A DNA stretch of 64,000 bases from Heptranchias perlo (GCF_035084215.1 NC_090325.1:102982001-103046000); one strand, 5' to 3'. Counted from the stretch's first letter, positions 40,749-53,820 are shown. Notes: generated by a model from the sequence alone, not told the origin. Made by a program: numbers and translations.

Positions 40749-41379
40749 TAAGATCGGGAGGAGTAGCAGTAATAACTTGAGCAGCCAGTCCAGGGAAGGG
40801 TGGCGGAGGAGTCCTGAGGGATGAATGGAGTCAAAGGCCGCGGGAAGCAAGCGGAAAGCCGCAAAGTAGAGGTCATTCAGCAGCAAGGGAGCAGAGAATC
40901 CAGATGTAGATGGGAACCAGCTGGAACGGATGAAACTCACTGTAGAGTGAAAAATTCCCACCGGAGGAGCAGAAAACGGACTGCCGAAGCAGATTAGGAC
41001 TCGAATAGAGGCAGCCCAACAGCGAATAGTCTCCGTAGAAAGTGGTGGCCAAGGTGGAGATCACAGTAAAGCCAGTGAAGAAATGGACTTTGGCTCAGGA
41101 GAAGTTTGATTTCTGTCCAGGATCCAATGCGTTAGAATAAAGCTGAGAAGTCAGCAGTGCACACTCTTAACTGTTCCATTTCCCAGTAATTATATTCTTC
41201 ATCTTAATAGGAGACACCCACCAATAAGAGCGGACACTATTGTCTACGCTTTGAAGCTTATTTTAAATTAAAGCCTGATTTTAATCTTTCTACTGGGGCT
41301 CTGGAGTACTAGGAGGCAACATTTGAACTTTGCAGTTTTATTCACTGGAAATATAAGACCACCTCTGATGAAGAAAAAT

Positions 41380-41570
41380 AAAGAAAAACTTGCATTTATC
41401 TAGCATCTTTCGCAACTTCAGGTTGTCCCAAAACAATTTGTAGCCAATGAAGTACTTTTGAATTGTCGGCACTGTTGTAATGTAGGAAATGCGGCAGCCA
41501 ATTTGTGCACAGTGAGGTCTCACAAACAGCAATGTGATAATGATGAGATCTGTTTATGATGTCGGTTGAT
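41380..41570 (-). mobile_element. DeuSINE-like SINE, 3' half
   Basis: Reverse complement matches the 3' half of 44298-44750 and 52448-52860. Confidence 0.72.
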
Positions 41571-44297
41571 CCTTACTTTCCCTCACTCGCTTCTCATTTT
41601 CCCCCTCTTCATCTGTCACGATAGGCAATAGACCAATTTTTGCATAGCTGGGTACGTTGATGCCTCCATCTACCAGTAGCATTGCCTGAGACACTAGTGT
41701 TAGTAGGATAATGTAGTGATGCATGTGCTGCGTCAGCAGCCATCAGAGTAATGGGGATGCTTTGGGGTCAACAGGGAGGGCTATTTGTGTATTAGAGGTG
41801 CTGTTGGGAGTTTTCAGAGATAGTCTACTGTAATGTTAGCATGTTCCATAAATATATTACTCTTCAAAAGCAGAGAATTTAAATTGCAACATATTTAGCA
41901 CTGAACTTTAAAGAGTACAGTGACTTGTCAGTAAAGTTTATGAAACATTACTACTTAAGATGCCTTCAGTAGAAATGCATTTGCAAATGCCAGTTTCACT
42001 GTTTCATTCTAATGTTGATTAGAAAATAGAATATCAGAAAGCTGCAGAAACCAAAGAGCGTTTTCAGATTCTCAGTATTGGAATGAACACAATATTCTCG
42101 TGAATTCTGGTATAAAAAGATTCTTTCATACGCTTCATGTAATGGGAATAGTTTTGTAATATATTTGTTTACCATGTAATTTCCTATTTTAGACATTGAG
42201 GTCCAAATGGGAATGGCCTCCTTGCTTATCGAACATTTTGTTTTATTCTGTGACTCAAAGCGTTGTGGACGCAGTTCAAATACCTCATACATTTTATACA
42301 GCGTTACTGCTATGGGAATTTCACTGGAGTGAAACAGATTAGCCATTTCCTTGGGAGGTGGCAAATAACACAAGATAGATGTTACAGTCACACTTTGTAC
42401 CTTGTGTTCACCAAGAATGGAACAATCAGTTCTAAAATCTAGTGCCAAGGAACGTTCTGTGAAGAGGATGCTGTATGGTTGGTTATCCTTTTGAGACCAC
42501 CAGAATGCTCAGTGGAATAGGTTTTTCTTTTTGGGAGATTATTCGTTGTATTTAAACAAAAGCTCGTTGTTGGTTGCAGTAGACATCCAAGTGAATTTCA
42601 GAGACTGCAGATTAACCCGTATTTGAAATGCTTTAAGGAATTTGCACACTTCATTTAAAAACGGAAATGGTTCAAATTAATACCCTTGAACTGTTTTCCC
42701 ACAGAAACAACTAGGAGCTTTATATAACTGAAAAGATGGCAAACTTACATATCTTTAGACCTCATAAGTCTCCAAAATTTTTCTTTTCTTATGAAGTTCC
42801 TTGGTCAGGTAGGCAGCTGGTAACATCTTTTAGGCTTTTGCAATGATTGTATTGACCTGGCCAGAAGGTGGTGTGTGAAAGCAAGCTCTGTGGCACTGTC
42901 CAGATGAGGAACTTGTATGGGGAAATTTGGTAAAACTGCATCTTGTCACTTCATGAACAGCACGTCCAAAACAATACCAAATTATGAGGAGATGACCTAC
43001 ATAGTACCAAGGAAGACGGTAGCTGACTTTTTTATAGTCCTCCATGTTAATAAAACTAGTAGCATTTAAAACCACAATATAATTCATGAAATAAATTAGT
43101 GACTACCTTGTCCACTTAGCTGCTGAGATTATTGTATATTAAGTGCATTTGGTCCTTTCTTTCAAATCTTGTATGGTAATAGGTCAGTGTCACCTGGTTC
43201 AATAACAAAATGATCACTCTTTGATCCTTAATTTATAAGCTGGAATTCTAGTGTTTTATTACTGAAATATATCACATGAACAAGCCTATGCTTGTTGGGT
43301 TGTTTTCAAGTCAGCACGTTGCTAACTAGGTGCATGTTTCATCAAGCTATTGTACTGAGGTTTTTGTTTTAATGTACTGTATCAGGATTTATATTTTATA
43401 TTTAATTTCAATAATCAGTATTCTATTAACAAAAATTATTGGTTCATTTAGCCCAAATATTAATTCCCTAAGGCTAACTTTAATATACTACTGCAAGATC
43501 CAACTGTAGGAAAGTAGATTTCCTATTTTTGAAACCGATGACATGAAGGTATGGTGTGAGCTGACTCGTATTAATTGTAGCTTGTCAGAACGAAGATAAC
43601 CTTCATCTAGAGCATCACTGCAGCTGTGATTGTCATTCTGTCCTAATTAACCTTCAAATATTAATCATTTTCAGGAAAGACCTTCTCTCAAGGGAGAAGA
43701 ATTTCTTAAGAAAATCAGTTTTATATTCTCCTGTATCTTTTTGGTTATTGCAGTGTTAAAGAACTGTCTTTTATAAAACTATTTTGGGATTTGAAATAAC
43801 TAAGTCTTCAGGTCATAGGAAAAGCCTGATGTTCTGGGTGAATTGCTGTTAAATGTATTTTTAACCACCATTGAGCCAAGTACTTCTTGATTGCCAATTC
43901 TGGATTTTATTAAGCACAGCTGGATAAATTCAAAGTGACTTCATCTTTCTTCATGAATTCTTGCTTCCTGATACCCTCCCGAGTACCTGGTAATTGCACA
44001 TTTGCCCCAGATGTTTGTGGGACTAACTTAATGTTGAAATTTGATATGCACCCGATCAAGGAAGGTAATTGTCTCTGGTCTCTGCTTTCCACTCCCTACC
44101 ATTGCTTCTTCTTGTGTTAATAGTGGGCTTCATCCAAACAAGGTACCCTGTACCATTCCCTTACTCCTACTTTGAAATTGCCTTGAGCCCCTGGCCTTTT
44201 TTCCATGTCCGTAAAGGCCAGGGAGAAAATAGCATTAATGGTTAGGTGGTTAAGGAAGATTTAATATAAAGTGGAGACTGGATATTATTCCAGTTCT

Positions 44298-44750
44298 GGT
44301 GTCAACCGTGGCTTAGTGGTAGCGCTCTTGTCTGAGCCAGAAGGTCGTGGATTCAAGTCCCGCTCGAGACTTGAGCACAAAATCTAGGCTGACACTCCAG
44401 TGCAGTACTAAGGGAGCGCTGCACTGATGGAGGTGCCGTCGTTTGAATGAGACGTTAAACCGAGCCCACCCCCCCACCGTCGTCCCTCTCAGGTGGACGT
44501 AAAAGATTCCCTGGCACTATTTCGAAGAAGAGTTCTCCCTGGCTTCCTGGTCAATATTTATCCCTCAACCAACATCACTAAAGCAGATTATCTGGTCATT
44601 ATTACATTGCTGCATGTGGGACCTTGCTGTGCACCAGTTGGCTGCTGCGGTTCTTATTGCAACAGCATCTACACTTCAAAAGTACTTCCTAGCTGTAAAG
44701 TGCTTTGGGACACCGAGGTGAAAAGCACTATATAAATACAAGTCTTTCTT
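44298..44750 (+). mobile_element. DeuSINE-like SINE (SacSINE1/AmnSINE1-related), full length
   Basis: A-box TGGCTTAGTGG and B-box GATTCAAGTCC. The central ggaggtgccgtc..atgagacgttaaaccgag...aagattccctggcactatt resembles the Deu domain (recalled consensus). L2-type tail gcactatataaatacaagtc. Confidence 0.85.
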
Positions 44751-44944
44751 TTCAAACAGTTGTATTCAAGTGATTGTTTCCACAAGTTGAGGACATGTAT
44801 TAGTATGTTATCTTTTGGGTATGCTAATAATAGTAGCAGATTGCTGATGAGGTTTTTCATTTGTTGATTTTTTAAAAAAAGAAATGACACATTCAGGGAA
44901 GTGACCATTAATAGTTATGCTGCCTCAGGTAAGCTGGTAGGTTG

Positions 44945-45552
44945 ACTTCAATGCCTAGCCATTATAGCGCGCACCTGTCCTCCTCTCTGTTAGTGTTCAG
45001 TGCTCTCCAGGCCGGCTCCCATTCTCCACTGTCCATAAACTCCGGCTCATCCAAAACTCTTCCCATATCCCATCTACACAAGTCCCACTCACCTATGACA
45101 CCTGTCATCATTGGCTTCTGGTCCCCCAACACCTCAAATTTAAAATTCTCATCCTTGTGCTTAAATCCTTTTATTGCCTTGCCCGCTCCATATCTCTGTA
45201 ACCTCCCTCAGCAACCCCCCCCCCCCCCCCCCCTGCCAAAACCAAATTCTTTGTTCCTCTGACTCTAGCCTCTCCTGCATCTTTCCACCACCCCACCTCC
45301 GTAGCCCTTCGCCGTACCGTGGCGGTTGTGCCTTGCCTTCAACTACCTAGGTCCCATGCTCTGGAATTCACTCCCCCCATAACCACTCCGTCTCCCTGTC
45401 CTCCTTTAAGGCCCTCTAAATGCCCACCTCTCTCCTCCTCCTCCTAATATCTGCTTCTTTGGCTTGACATCCATTTTGTCTGATTACACTTCGCTGAAGC
45501 ACCCTGGGATTTTTTTTCTGTTTTGCAGGCGTTAAATAAATGTAAGTTGTTG
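44945..45552 (+). mobile_element. L2 LINE 3' fragment
   Basis: ctcatccaaaactct, tttaaaattctcatccttgtg, ctctggaattcactcc; tail ataaatgtaagttgttg. Confidence 0.78.
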
Positions 45553-45870
45553 ATTCCTGGTCTGTTGTGGTATTGGCTGATCTTGGTCAGGGCAGCAGTT
45601 GGGGTACTGCAAACCTGTGTGCCCTTTTCCTAAGCAAGGGTGAAACAGCTGCTGTTTCCCATTTATTGACTTATCCAGTGATCCTGCTGCACGTGGAGGA
45701 CAGCTGAGGACAGGATCATGCTCTGCTATGATGCTTTCCACTTCTAAATAGTTTGCTGACACCTGCTGTCCAGATTTACACATGAAACAATGGCCATGTG
45801 TTCAGGGTACCAGATACGTGATGGCACCTGTGAAACTGTATTCTAGCAAGTGCCTTAACGGGGAAAAAAA
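45550..45870 (+). repeat. Ancient SINE-like repeat (unnamed family), partial
   Basis: ggctgatcttggtcagggcagcagttgggg...gctatgatgc...ctgtccagatttacacatgaaacaatggcc is collinear with 29640-29930. Confidence 0.5.
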
Positions 45871-46426
45871 ATCTTCATTTAACACTTGGACTGTGTTCGT
45901 TGCTGAAGATGTTGCAACATCACTGGGATGTTTAGAAGCCTTCCCACAGTGAACGTAACTGATTTTTTTTTAGAACTGCCCTTCTTTGTAAAGTCAGAGA
46001 TGAATGAATCCAAATTCTAAGAAGGCGAAGCACAGTTTATTTCAACAAGGAGAATTGCTTACAAAATAAACTGACACTCACCTGAATTTGCATGGGAGAT
46101 CACAAAAGGGTAGATTGTTTTGTTTTCTTTCCAGTTCCTGAATAGGGTGATTATTATATGTAACATGGTGGCCCTCCTGTATCTTAGCGAAGTGACCACT
46201 GTTTGTGAAAGTCTGGAAAGAGAGGCAGATGTTGCCTGTCTTTGCCCAGTGCCCATGTTAGTGCCCTTTCAATAAGAGGTACTGGGCACCTTTTGGGAGC
46301 AGGAGCTCTTAAGATTTTTTTCATTATGTCCAGAATACATCAGGCAGCCTCAAGAGAAATGTTTAACTAGAAGTTTGAAATTCTTGCTTTGTGCCTCAGA
46401 ATCAAATGCAGGTTGTCCGTAAATCA

Positions 46427-46720
46427 TTTATTGCCCATTCCTAATTGCTCGTGGCGTGGTGGTGGTGAGCCGCCGCCTTGAACCGCTGCAGTCCGTGTGG
46501 TGAAGGTACACTGCTGTTAGGTAGGGAGTTCCAGGATTTTGACCCAGCGACGATGAAGGAACGGTGATATATTTCCAAGTCGGGATGGTGTGTGACTTGG
46601 AGGGGAACGTGCAGGTCATGATGTTCCCATGTGCCTGCTGCCCATGTTCTTCTCGGTGGTAGAGGTCGTTGGTTTGGGAGGTGCTGTCCAAGAAGTTTTG
46701 GCGAGTTGCTGTAGTGCATT
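46427..46720 (-). mobile_element. Family-D LINE 3' fragment
   Basis: QHLPNQRPLPPRRT; near-identical to 33390-33680. Confidence 0.88.
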
Positions 46721-47199
46721 TGATGATAAAGCATACTTCTTTTGTGATAAATAATTTGTAGCTGTGCTATTTATGCATCTATATGTCACTCCACTTCAAA
46801 GTGGTTAATTGGTTCAGGTGTTTTGAGACATTTTGACCTAATAAGATGCCGTATAAATGCATACAATTCTAAATTAATCTTCCTTGAATCAAATTGAGGG
46901 GGAGGAACAAAGAACAAAAATGTTGTGGTCTTTGAAAATGTTGCTTTTCTTTTGTTTCATCTGAAATTAGCTTAAAAGATTCATTCAGTTCCTGTAACAA
47001 TCTTCATATGTTTGTCCCTTATTACACTTTCAATATTCTGGAATAAGTCTTCAAATTTGAATTGATGATTGACAGGAATTTCTTCCTCTGCCCATTTTCT
47101 TTTTCTCTCTCTTTCTTGCCAAGCACAGTGACTCATGCTGGCATACAGTTCCACGGGCACAGTTAGTCCTCTTGTTCCTCACCTGAATGAGCATTCTTT

Positions 47200-47450
47200 G
47201 TCCGTGAGCCTGGATGGGTAATGTTGGCAGATTGTTCACAGCTGAGCCTGAACGTGTCCTTGCCCAACATCCACATGCTTGCATTTTCCAGCAGGTGTTG
47301 CTGTGTAGCGACCCGTTGTGGAAACCCTGCTTATTTTCTCCTTCATTGCCTGGGAGCATTAAGGCCAATTGAAATGCCCTCATAACTATTCCAGCTGAAG
47401 TCAGCTAACTTGGCACAGACTAGGAAGCAAAATTAGTACCTTTCAGTCGC
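47200..47450 (-). repeat. Ancient SINE-like repeat (unnamed family), partial
   Basis: tcagctaacttggcacagac and aacatccacatgcttgca blocks are shared with 54455-54765 and 14135-14390. Confidence 0.5.
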
Positions 47451-48199
47451 AAGATACTGTTTCACACACAAAAGCTGTGCAGTACATGCAATAATTTTTG
47501 TCTTAAGTTAACAAGATACAGCAGGGTTCTAAACATCATGGAATTTGGATGTAAAAAAACAATGTCCTTCCAGTTTGCGTCAAATTCCAGACCAGCGGTT
47601 CAGTTTTACCCTTTATTCTCTGAGCTGTCGAAGGAGCTGGTAGATCATTTGTGTGCAAGTTGTGCATTCACCATCTCTGACATGACATCTCTAAATTCAT
47701 AGTGCTTAAGTAGATTTTCAAGTTTCAAGAGTGACTTTTTTTTAAGGCTTTCACAAATAAGCAAGTTAATTACTGATTTGACTAGTTTTTCGAAAAGAAT
47801 TTGAATTTATGCGGCGCATTTCACATGGCTTTTGTGCACACAACCAGGTTGAGACCAGACAACCTGTTGGACCCTTCCAGTCAAAAGAAAGAAGTGCCCT
47901 TATACCTCAGTCTGGGCTGGAATTTAACGCAGAACTGGAAGGACATTGTGCTAAGTCTCCCTTAAGTGCTTTTTTGTATGCCATGACATTTGGAACCCTG
48001 CTATATCTTGTTAACTTACGCCATGAAGTATTCTTGCATATACTGCACAGCTTTTGTTTGTGAAACAGTTTCTTGCTACTGAAAAGCACTCGTCTTGCCA
48101 GAATCTTGTAAATGTCCGGTTGTCCCTTGTTGAATTTGTTGAAAATGGCAGGTTTCCTTCCCTAAAAGGATATTAATGAACCATTTGGGTTTTTACAAC

Positions 48200-51100
48200 T
48201 TTAAAGGGAGTGCATGAACAGTGTCACCTGGGGATGTATTTACACAAATTTTTGAAGGCGGCAGGACAAGTTGAGAAGACCTTTTCAAAAAAAAAGCTTA
48301 AGGGACCCTTGGCTTTATAAATATAAGCATAGAGTACAAAATAAAGGAAGTTATGCTAAACCTTTATAAAACACAGGTTAAACCCCAGCTGGAGACTATT
48401 GTCCAATTCTGGGCATCACACTATAGGAAGGATGTCAACGCCTTAGAGAAGGTGCAGTGGAGATTTATTAGAATGGTACCAAGGAAGCGGGACTTTAGTT
48501 ACATGGGGAGACTAGAAAAACTGGGGTGGTTCTCCTTGGAGCAAAGAAGGTTAAGGGGATATTTAATAGAAGTGTTCAAAATCATGAAGGGTTTTGATAG
48601 AGTAAATAAAGAGAAACTGTTTCCGGTCGCAGAAGGGTCAGTAACCAGAGGACACAGATTTACGGTAATTGGCAAAAGAACGAGAGGCGACATGAGAATT
48701 TTTGTAACGCGGTGAGTTGTTATAATCGGTTTCCACCTCTACGGAGCTGGGATCGATGTCCTTGGGGGGAGGTTTGCTAGTGCTGTGGGGGAGGGTTTAA
48801 ACTAATTTGGCAGGGGGATGGGCACCAGGATGTAGCATTGGAAAGGAGAAACAAGGTGCACAAAGTATTGGGAGAAAAAGATAGTGCTAGAATAAGAAAT
48901 AGTCTGATCCTAACTAATACCGTACTAAGAGAGAATACAAGAATTACTAAGATTGGTTGACAGTGCATGTTTGTAAACGCATGAAGCATGGTAAACAAGT
49001 TTGATGGGCTGCATGGGAATATGATGTCATGGCAATAACAGAGACCTGGCTCAAAAAAGGGCAGGCTTGGGTACTAAATATTCTTGGATACAAGATGTTC
49101 AGGAAAGGAAAGAAAGGTGGGGGGGGGTGGAAAATTGATTAGGAGAATATTGCAGTGCTGGGGAGAGAGGATGTCCTGGAGGAATCAAGGACAGAATCTA
49201 TTTGGCGAGAGTTGAGAAACAACTGGGTGTATTCTATAGGCCACCAACTAGTGGGAAGGATATAGAGGAGCAAATTTGCAGGGAAATTTCAGAGGTGCAA
49301 AAGCCATAAAGTAGTGATAACAGGGGACTTCAACTATCCTAACATAGACCGGGATAGTAATAATATAAGGGGCAAAGAGGGGGAGGAATTTATGAAGTGT
49401 GTTGAGGAGAACTTTCTTGACCAACACGTTTCCACCCCAACAAGGAAGGAGGCATTGCTGGATTTGGTTCTGGGGAATGAGACGGGCAAGGTGGAACAAG
49501 TGTCAGTGGGGGAACATTTAGGGAACAGTGACCATAGTATCATAAGGTTTCAAATAGCTATGGAAAAGGACAAGGACCACTCTATAAAGTAAAAATATTC
49601 AATTGGAGGAGGGCCAATTTCAGTGGGATGAGAACAGATCTGGCCCGGGTAAATTGGAATTAAAGATTGGCAGGCAAAACTGTAATTGAACAATGAGCGG
49701 TCTTTAAAGAGGAGATGGTTCGGGTACAGTATAGGTACATTCCCACAAGGGAGAAAGGTAGGGCAACTAAAGCCAGAGCTCCCTGGATGACAAAAGATGA
49801 AGCAGAAAAAAGGGGCATATGACAGATTCAGGTTGATAATACAAGTGAGAACCAGGCTGAATATATAAAGTTCAGAGGGGAAGTGAAAAAGGAAATAAGA
49901 GGGGCAAAGAAAGAGTATTAGAATAGACTAGCAGCCAACATGAAATGGAATCCAAAAGTCTTCTCTGGACATGTGAACGAGTAGTAAGAGGAGGGGTGGG
50001 GCCGATTAGGCACCAAAAAGAGGTCTATCCATGAAGGCAGAGGGCAGGCTGAAGTACTAAATGAGTACTTTGCATCGTTTTTGCCATGGAAGAAGATGCT
50101 CTGTAAAGGAAGATGTAGTTGAGATACTGGATGGGCTAAAAATTGATAGAGGAGGTACTAGAAAGGCTAACTGTACTTAAAGTAGATAAGTCACCTGGTC
50201 CAGATGGGATGCACCTTAGGCTGCTGAGGGAAGTACGGGTGGAAATTGCAGAGGTACTGGCCATAATCTTCCAATCATCCTTAGGTGTGGGGTGGTGCCA
50301 GAGGAGTGAAGAATTGCAAAAATTAAATCCTTGTTCAAAGAGTGTAAGGATAAACCCTGCAATTATAGACCAGTCAGTTTAATCTCGGTGGTGGGGAAAC
50401 TTTTAGAAACAGAAACAAAAGAGAATCAGCATCACTTGGAGAAGTCTGGATTGATTAGGGAAAGCCAGCACAGATTTGTTAAAGGCAAATAGTGTTTAAC
50501 TAACTTGCTAGAGTTTTTTGATGAGGTAACAGAGGGTTGATGAGGGCAATGCGGTTGATGTGGTGTATATGGACTTTCAAAAGGCGTTTGATAAAATGCC
50601 GCATAATAGGCTTGTCGTTCAGATTGAAGCCCATGGAATAAAAGGGGCAGTAGCAGCATGGATACTGAATTGGCTAAGTAACAGGAATCAGAGAGTAGTG
50701 GCGAACGGTTGTTTTCCGGACTGAAGGGAGGTGTATAGTGGTTTTCCCCGAGGGTCAATACTTGGACCCCTGCTGCTCTTGATATGTATTAATGACTTGG
50801 ACGTACAGGGCACAATTTCCAAATTTGCAGATGACAAAACTTGGAAGTGTAGTGAACGGTGAGGAGGATAGTGATAGACTTGAAGTGGATATAGATTGGC
50901 TGATGGCATGGATGGACAAGAGGCAGATGAAATTTAATGCGAAGTGATACATTTCGGTAGGAAGAAAGAGGAGAGGCAACTTAAACTAAAGGGCACAATT
51001 CTAAAAGTGGTACTGGAACAGAGAGATCTGGGGGTATATGTGCATAAATTGTTGAAGGGCAGGTTAAGAAAGTGATTTTAAAAAAGCATACGGAATCCTG

Positions 51101-51925
51101 GGCTTTATAAATAGAGGCATAGAGTGCAAAACCAAGGAAGTCATGATGAACCTATATAAAACACTGGTTCAGCCACAGCTGGAGTATTGTGTCCAGTGCT
51201 GGGCACCGCACTTTGGGAAAGATGTCAAGGCCTTAGAGAAGGTGCAGAAGAGATTTACTAGAATAATTCCAGGGATGAGGGACTTTAGTTACATGGATAG
51301 ACTGGAGAAACTGGCGTTATTCTCCATGGAACAGAGAAGGTTGAGAGGAGATTTGATAGAGGTATTCCAAGTCATGAAGGGCCTAGACAGAGTAGAAAGA
51401 GAGAAACTGTTCCCGCTTGCAGAAGGGTTAAGAACCAGGCGACATAGATTAAAGGTGATTAGCAAAAGAACCAAAGGTGACATGAGAAAAAACCTTTTTA
51501 CACAGCAAGTGGTTAGGATCTGGAATGCACTGCCCGAGGGGCTTGTGGAGGCAGATTCAATCATGGCCTTCAAAAGGGAACTGGATAAGTACTTGAAAGG
51601 AAAAAAATTTGCAGGGCTACGGGGAAAGGACAGGGGAGTAGGACTCGCTGGATTGCTCTTGCATAGAGCCACTATGGACTCGATGGGCTGAATGGCCTCC
51701 TTCCATGCTGTAACCTTTGATTTTATCTGGAATGCACTGCCTGAAAGGATGGTGGAAGCAGTTTCAATAATCCCTTTCAAAAGGGAATTGGATATATAGT
51801 TGAAGGGTAAAATTTGCAGGGCTATGGGGAAAGGGGAGGCGAGTGGAACTAATTGAATAGCTTTTTCAAAGAGCTGGCACAGGCACGATGGGCCAAATAG
51901 CCTCCTATGCTGTATCATTCTATGA
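48200..51925 (+). mobile_element. Outer CR1 3' fragment (48200-48727 plus 51723-51925)
   Basis: ORF 48353-48715. gagttgttataatc resumes as atctggaatgcactgcctgaaagg at ~51725; ends cattctatga. Confidence 0.85.
48728..51722 (+). mobile_element. Inner CR1 (end of ORF1 plus decayed ORF2 and 3' UTR)
   Basis: ggggagggtttaaactaa (ORF1 end), ITGDFNYPNID, LLDLVLGN, SDHSII, KSPGPDGMH, LVQPQLEYC. Confidence 0.92.
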
Positions 51926-52036
51926 TTTACGATAGTCCGACAGCTCCTTGGTCACTTTTATTGATACCAGTTTTTTATTTGCTAATTTTTAAAACTGCAT
52001 TCAAATTCTCAAGCTGTCGTGGTGGAATTTGAATTC

Positions 52037-52171
52037 CTACTGATAATGTCAAGAGTGTCTTGACACAGAAAGCGATACATATGACTGAAGTGGCCAAACT
52101 AGTTCAGAACCGACAACAATGGAGTGAATTCATTTGGTACTATCGTCTCTGCTGTGCTGACAGACAGACAG
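52037..52171 (+). mobile_element. RTE-like LINE 3'-terminal fragment inserted in a SINE
   Basis: Open frame TDNVKSVLTQKAIHMTEVAKLVQNRQQWSEFIWYYR, a (GACA)3 tail, and GAATTC on both sides (52031-52036, 52172-52177). Confidence 0.55.
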
Positions 52172-52447
52172 GAATTCAGTAGTACTATCTGGATTATTTG
52201 TCCAGTAATTTAGCTACTACATTACTGTACTCAATTCCTGCAGCAGCTTTTCAGTTTGATAGGGACTGCAATTCCTGCCTAGCCAGGATGCCGATATGGA
52301 ATGACCCAACGCTGGGAGTACACGCTAGTGGAAAGTATGCTGCATTTTTATGTTTTGTTTATGTGGACATTAGCAGGAGTTATTTGTGCAAAAAGTAGTC
52401 CTTCATCGACTTCCCTCCCCTATAAGTTTCAGAATCTTTGTTGTGAA

Positions 52448-52860
52448 TGCCATCTTGGCTCGATTGTAGCACTCTCGTCTCTTGAGTAAAATTTTGGATT
52501 CAAGCCTCACTCAATCTAGGCTGAGGGAATACTGCATTATTGCGCTGCCATCTTTTGGATGAGATGTTAAACTGATGCCTCGTCTACCTGTTCAGTTGGA
52601 TGTAGAAGATCCCATGGCACTATTCAAAGAAGAGCTGGGGAGTTCTCCCGGTGTCCTGGCCAACATTTAACCCTCAGTCAAGACCAAAAACGCTGGTCAT
52701 TCTTCTCAGTGCTGTTTTATGGGACCTTTCTGTGTACAGATTTGAAGTCAAATTGCCTACGGAGCAGTGACTACACTTCAGAAGTATTTAATTGGCTATG
52801 AAGTGCTTTGGGCTGTCCTGAGGAAATGAAAGGTGCGATATAAATGCAAATTTTTGTTTT
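52448..52860 (+). mobile_element. DeuSINE-like SINE
   Basis: Collinear with 44298-44750 (gatgagatgttaaac, gatcccatggcactattc, gtgtcctggccaacatt, tataaatgcaa). Confidence 0.82.
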
Positions 52861-53072
52861 ATAGAATCCTGTAAGTGAGACCTGGATGCTATTTGCTTGT
52901 GACCTTTTGACTACCTTTAGAAAGTTGCAAGCACTGTTCATGATGGACAAGTTTTATTCCATACTGGGTGAACATAAATTTGTAAAGTGCATCCAGTTCT
53001 TTTTCAACAGATTAAAGATTAATATAGGCCTATTTGTTGAATGTGTTGCAGATGTTTTATCCTCGAGCTTGT

Positions 53073-53820
53073 TATAGAATCATAGAAAGTTACGGCACAG
53101 AAGCAGGCCATTCGGCCCATGTCCATGCCGGCCGAAAAAGAGCTATCCAGCTTAATCCCACTTTCCAGCACTTGGTCCGTAGCCCTGTAGGTCATGGCAC
53201 TTCAAGTGCTCGTCCAAGTACTTTTTAAATGAGTTGAGGGTTTCTGCCTCAACCACCCTTTTCAGGCAGTGAGTTCCAGACCCCCGCCACCCTCTGGGTG
53301 AAAAAATTTCTCCTCAGCTCCCCCCTAATCCTTCTACCAATTACTTTAAATCCATGCCCCCGGTCACTGACGCCTCTACTAAGGGAAATAGGTCCTCCCT
53401 ATCCACTCTATCTAGTCCCGTCATAATTTTATAGACCTCAATTAAATCTCCCCTCAGCCTCTTTTGTTCCAAAGAGAACAACCCCAGCCTATCTAATCTT
53501 TTCTACATAGCTAAAATTCTCCAGCCCTGGCAACATCCTTGTAAATCTCCTCTGTACCCTCTCTAGTGCAATCCCATCTTTCCTGTAATGTCGTGACCAG
53601 AACAGTATGCAGTACTCAAACTATGGCCTAACCAATGTTTTATACAGTTCTAGCATAACTTCCCTGCTGTTATATTCTATGCCTCGACTAATAAAGGAAA
53701 GTATCCCATATGCCCTTTTAAACACCTTTATCTACCTGTCCTGCTACCTTCAGGATCTGTGGACATACACTCCAGGGTCCCTTTGTTCCTCTACACCTTT
53801 CAGTATTTTCCCATTTATTT
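53073..53820 (-). mobile_element. CR1 3' fragment
   Basis: tagaatcatagaa tail; antisense of the subfamily seen at 40050-40748. Ends about 100 nt before the exon-6 acceptor. Confidence 0.9.

Larger units (their letters stand above)
31953..41130 (-). mobile_element. L2 LINE host in three pieces (31953-32148, ~36216-38160, ~40750-41130)
   Basis: L2 3' end at 31953; ITSVLANLHWLP, FLQLNIGKTEAI and endonuclease-like ALNETWL lie in 36229-37225. Assigning 37300-38160 and 40750-41130 to the same element is tentative. Confidence 0.7.
48147..52230 (-). mobile_element. tRNA-SINE (8684-type) split into 48147-48199 and ~51926-52230
   Basis: ggcaggtttccttccctaaaagga...gggtttttacaac is the reverse complement of 8830-8878. 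It continues at 51926 (tttacgatagtccg...ggtcac) to the head at ~52230. Confidence 0.75.

Noticed and set aside
41996-42448. 150-aa minus-strand ORF in repeat-free sequence
   Set aside because: Non-ATG start, no recognisable domain, no supporting splice structure; compatible with chance.
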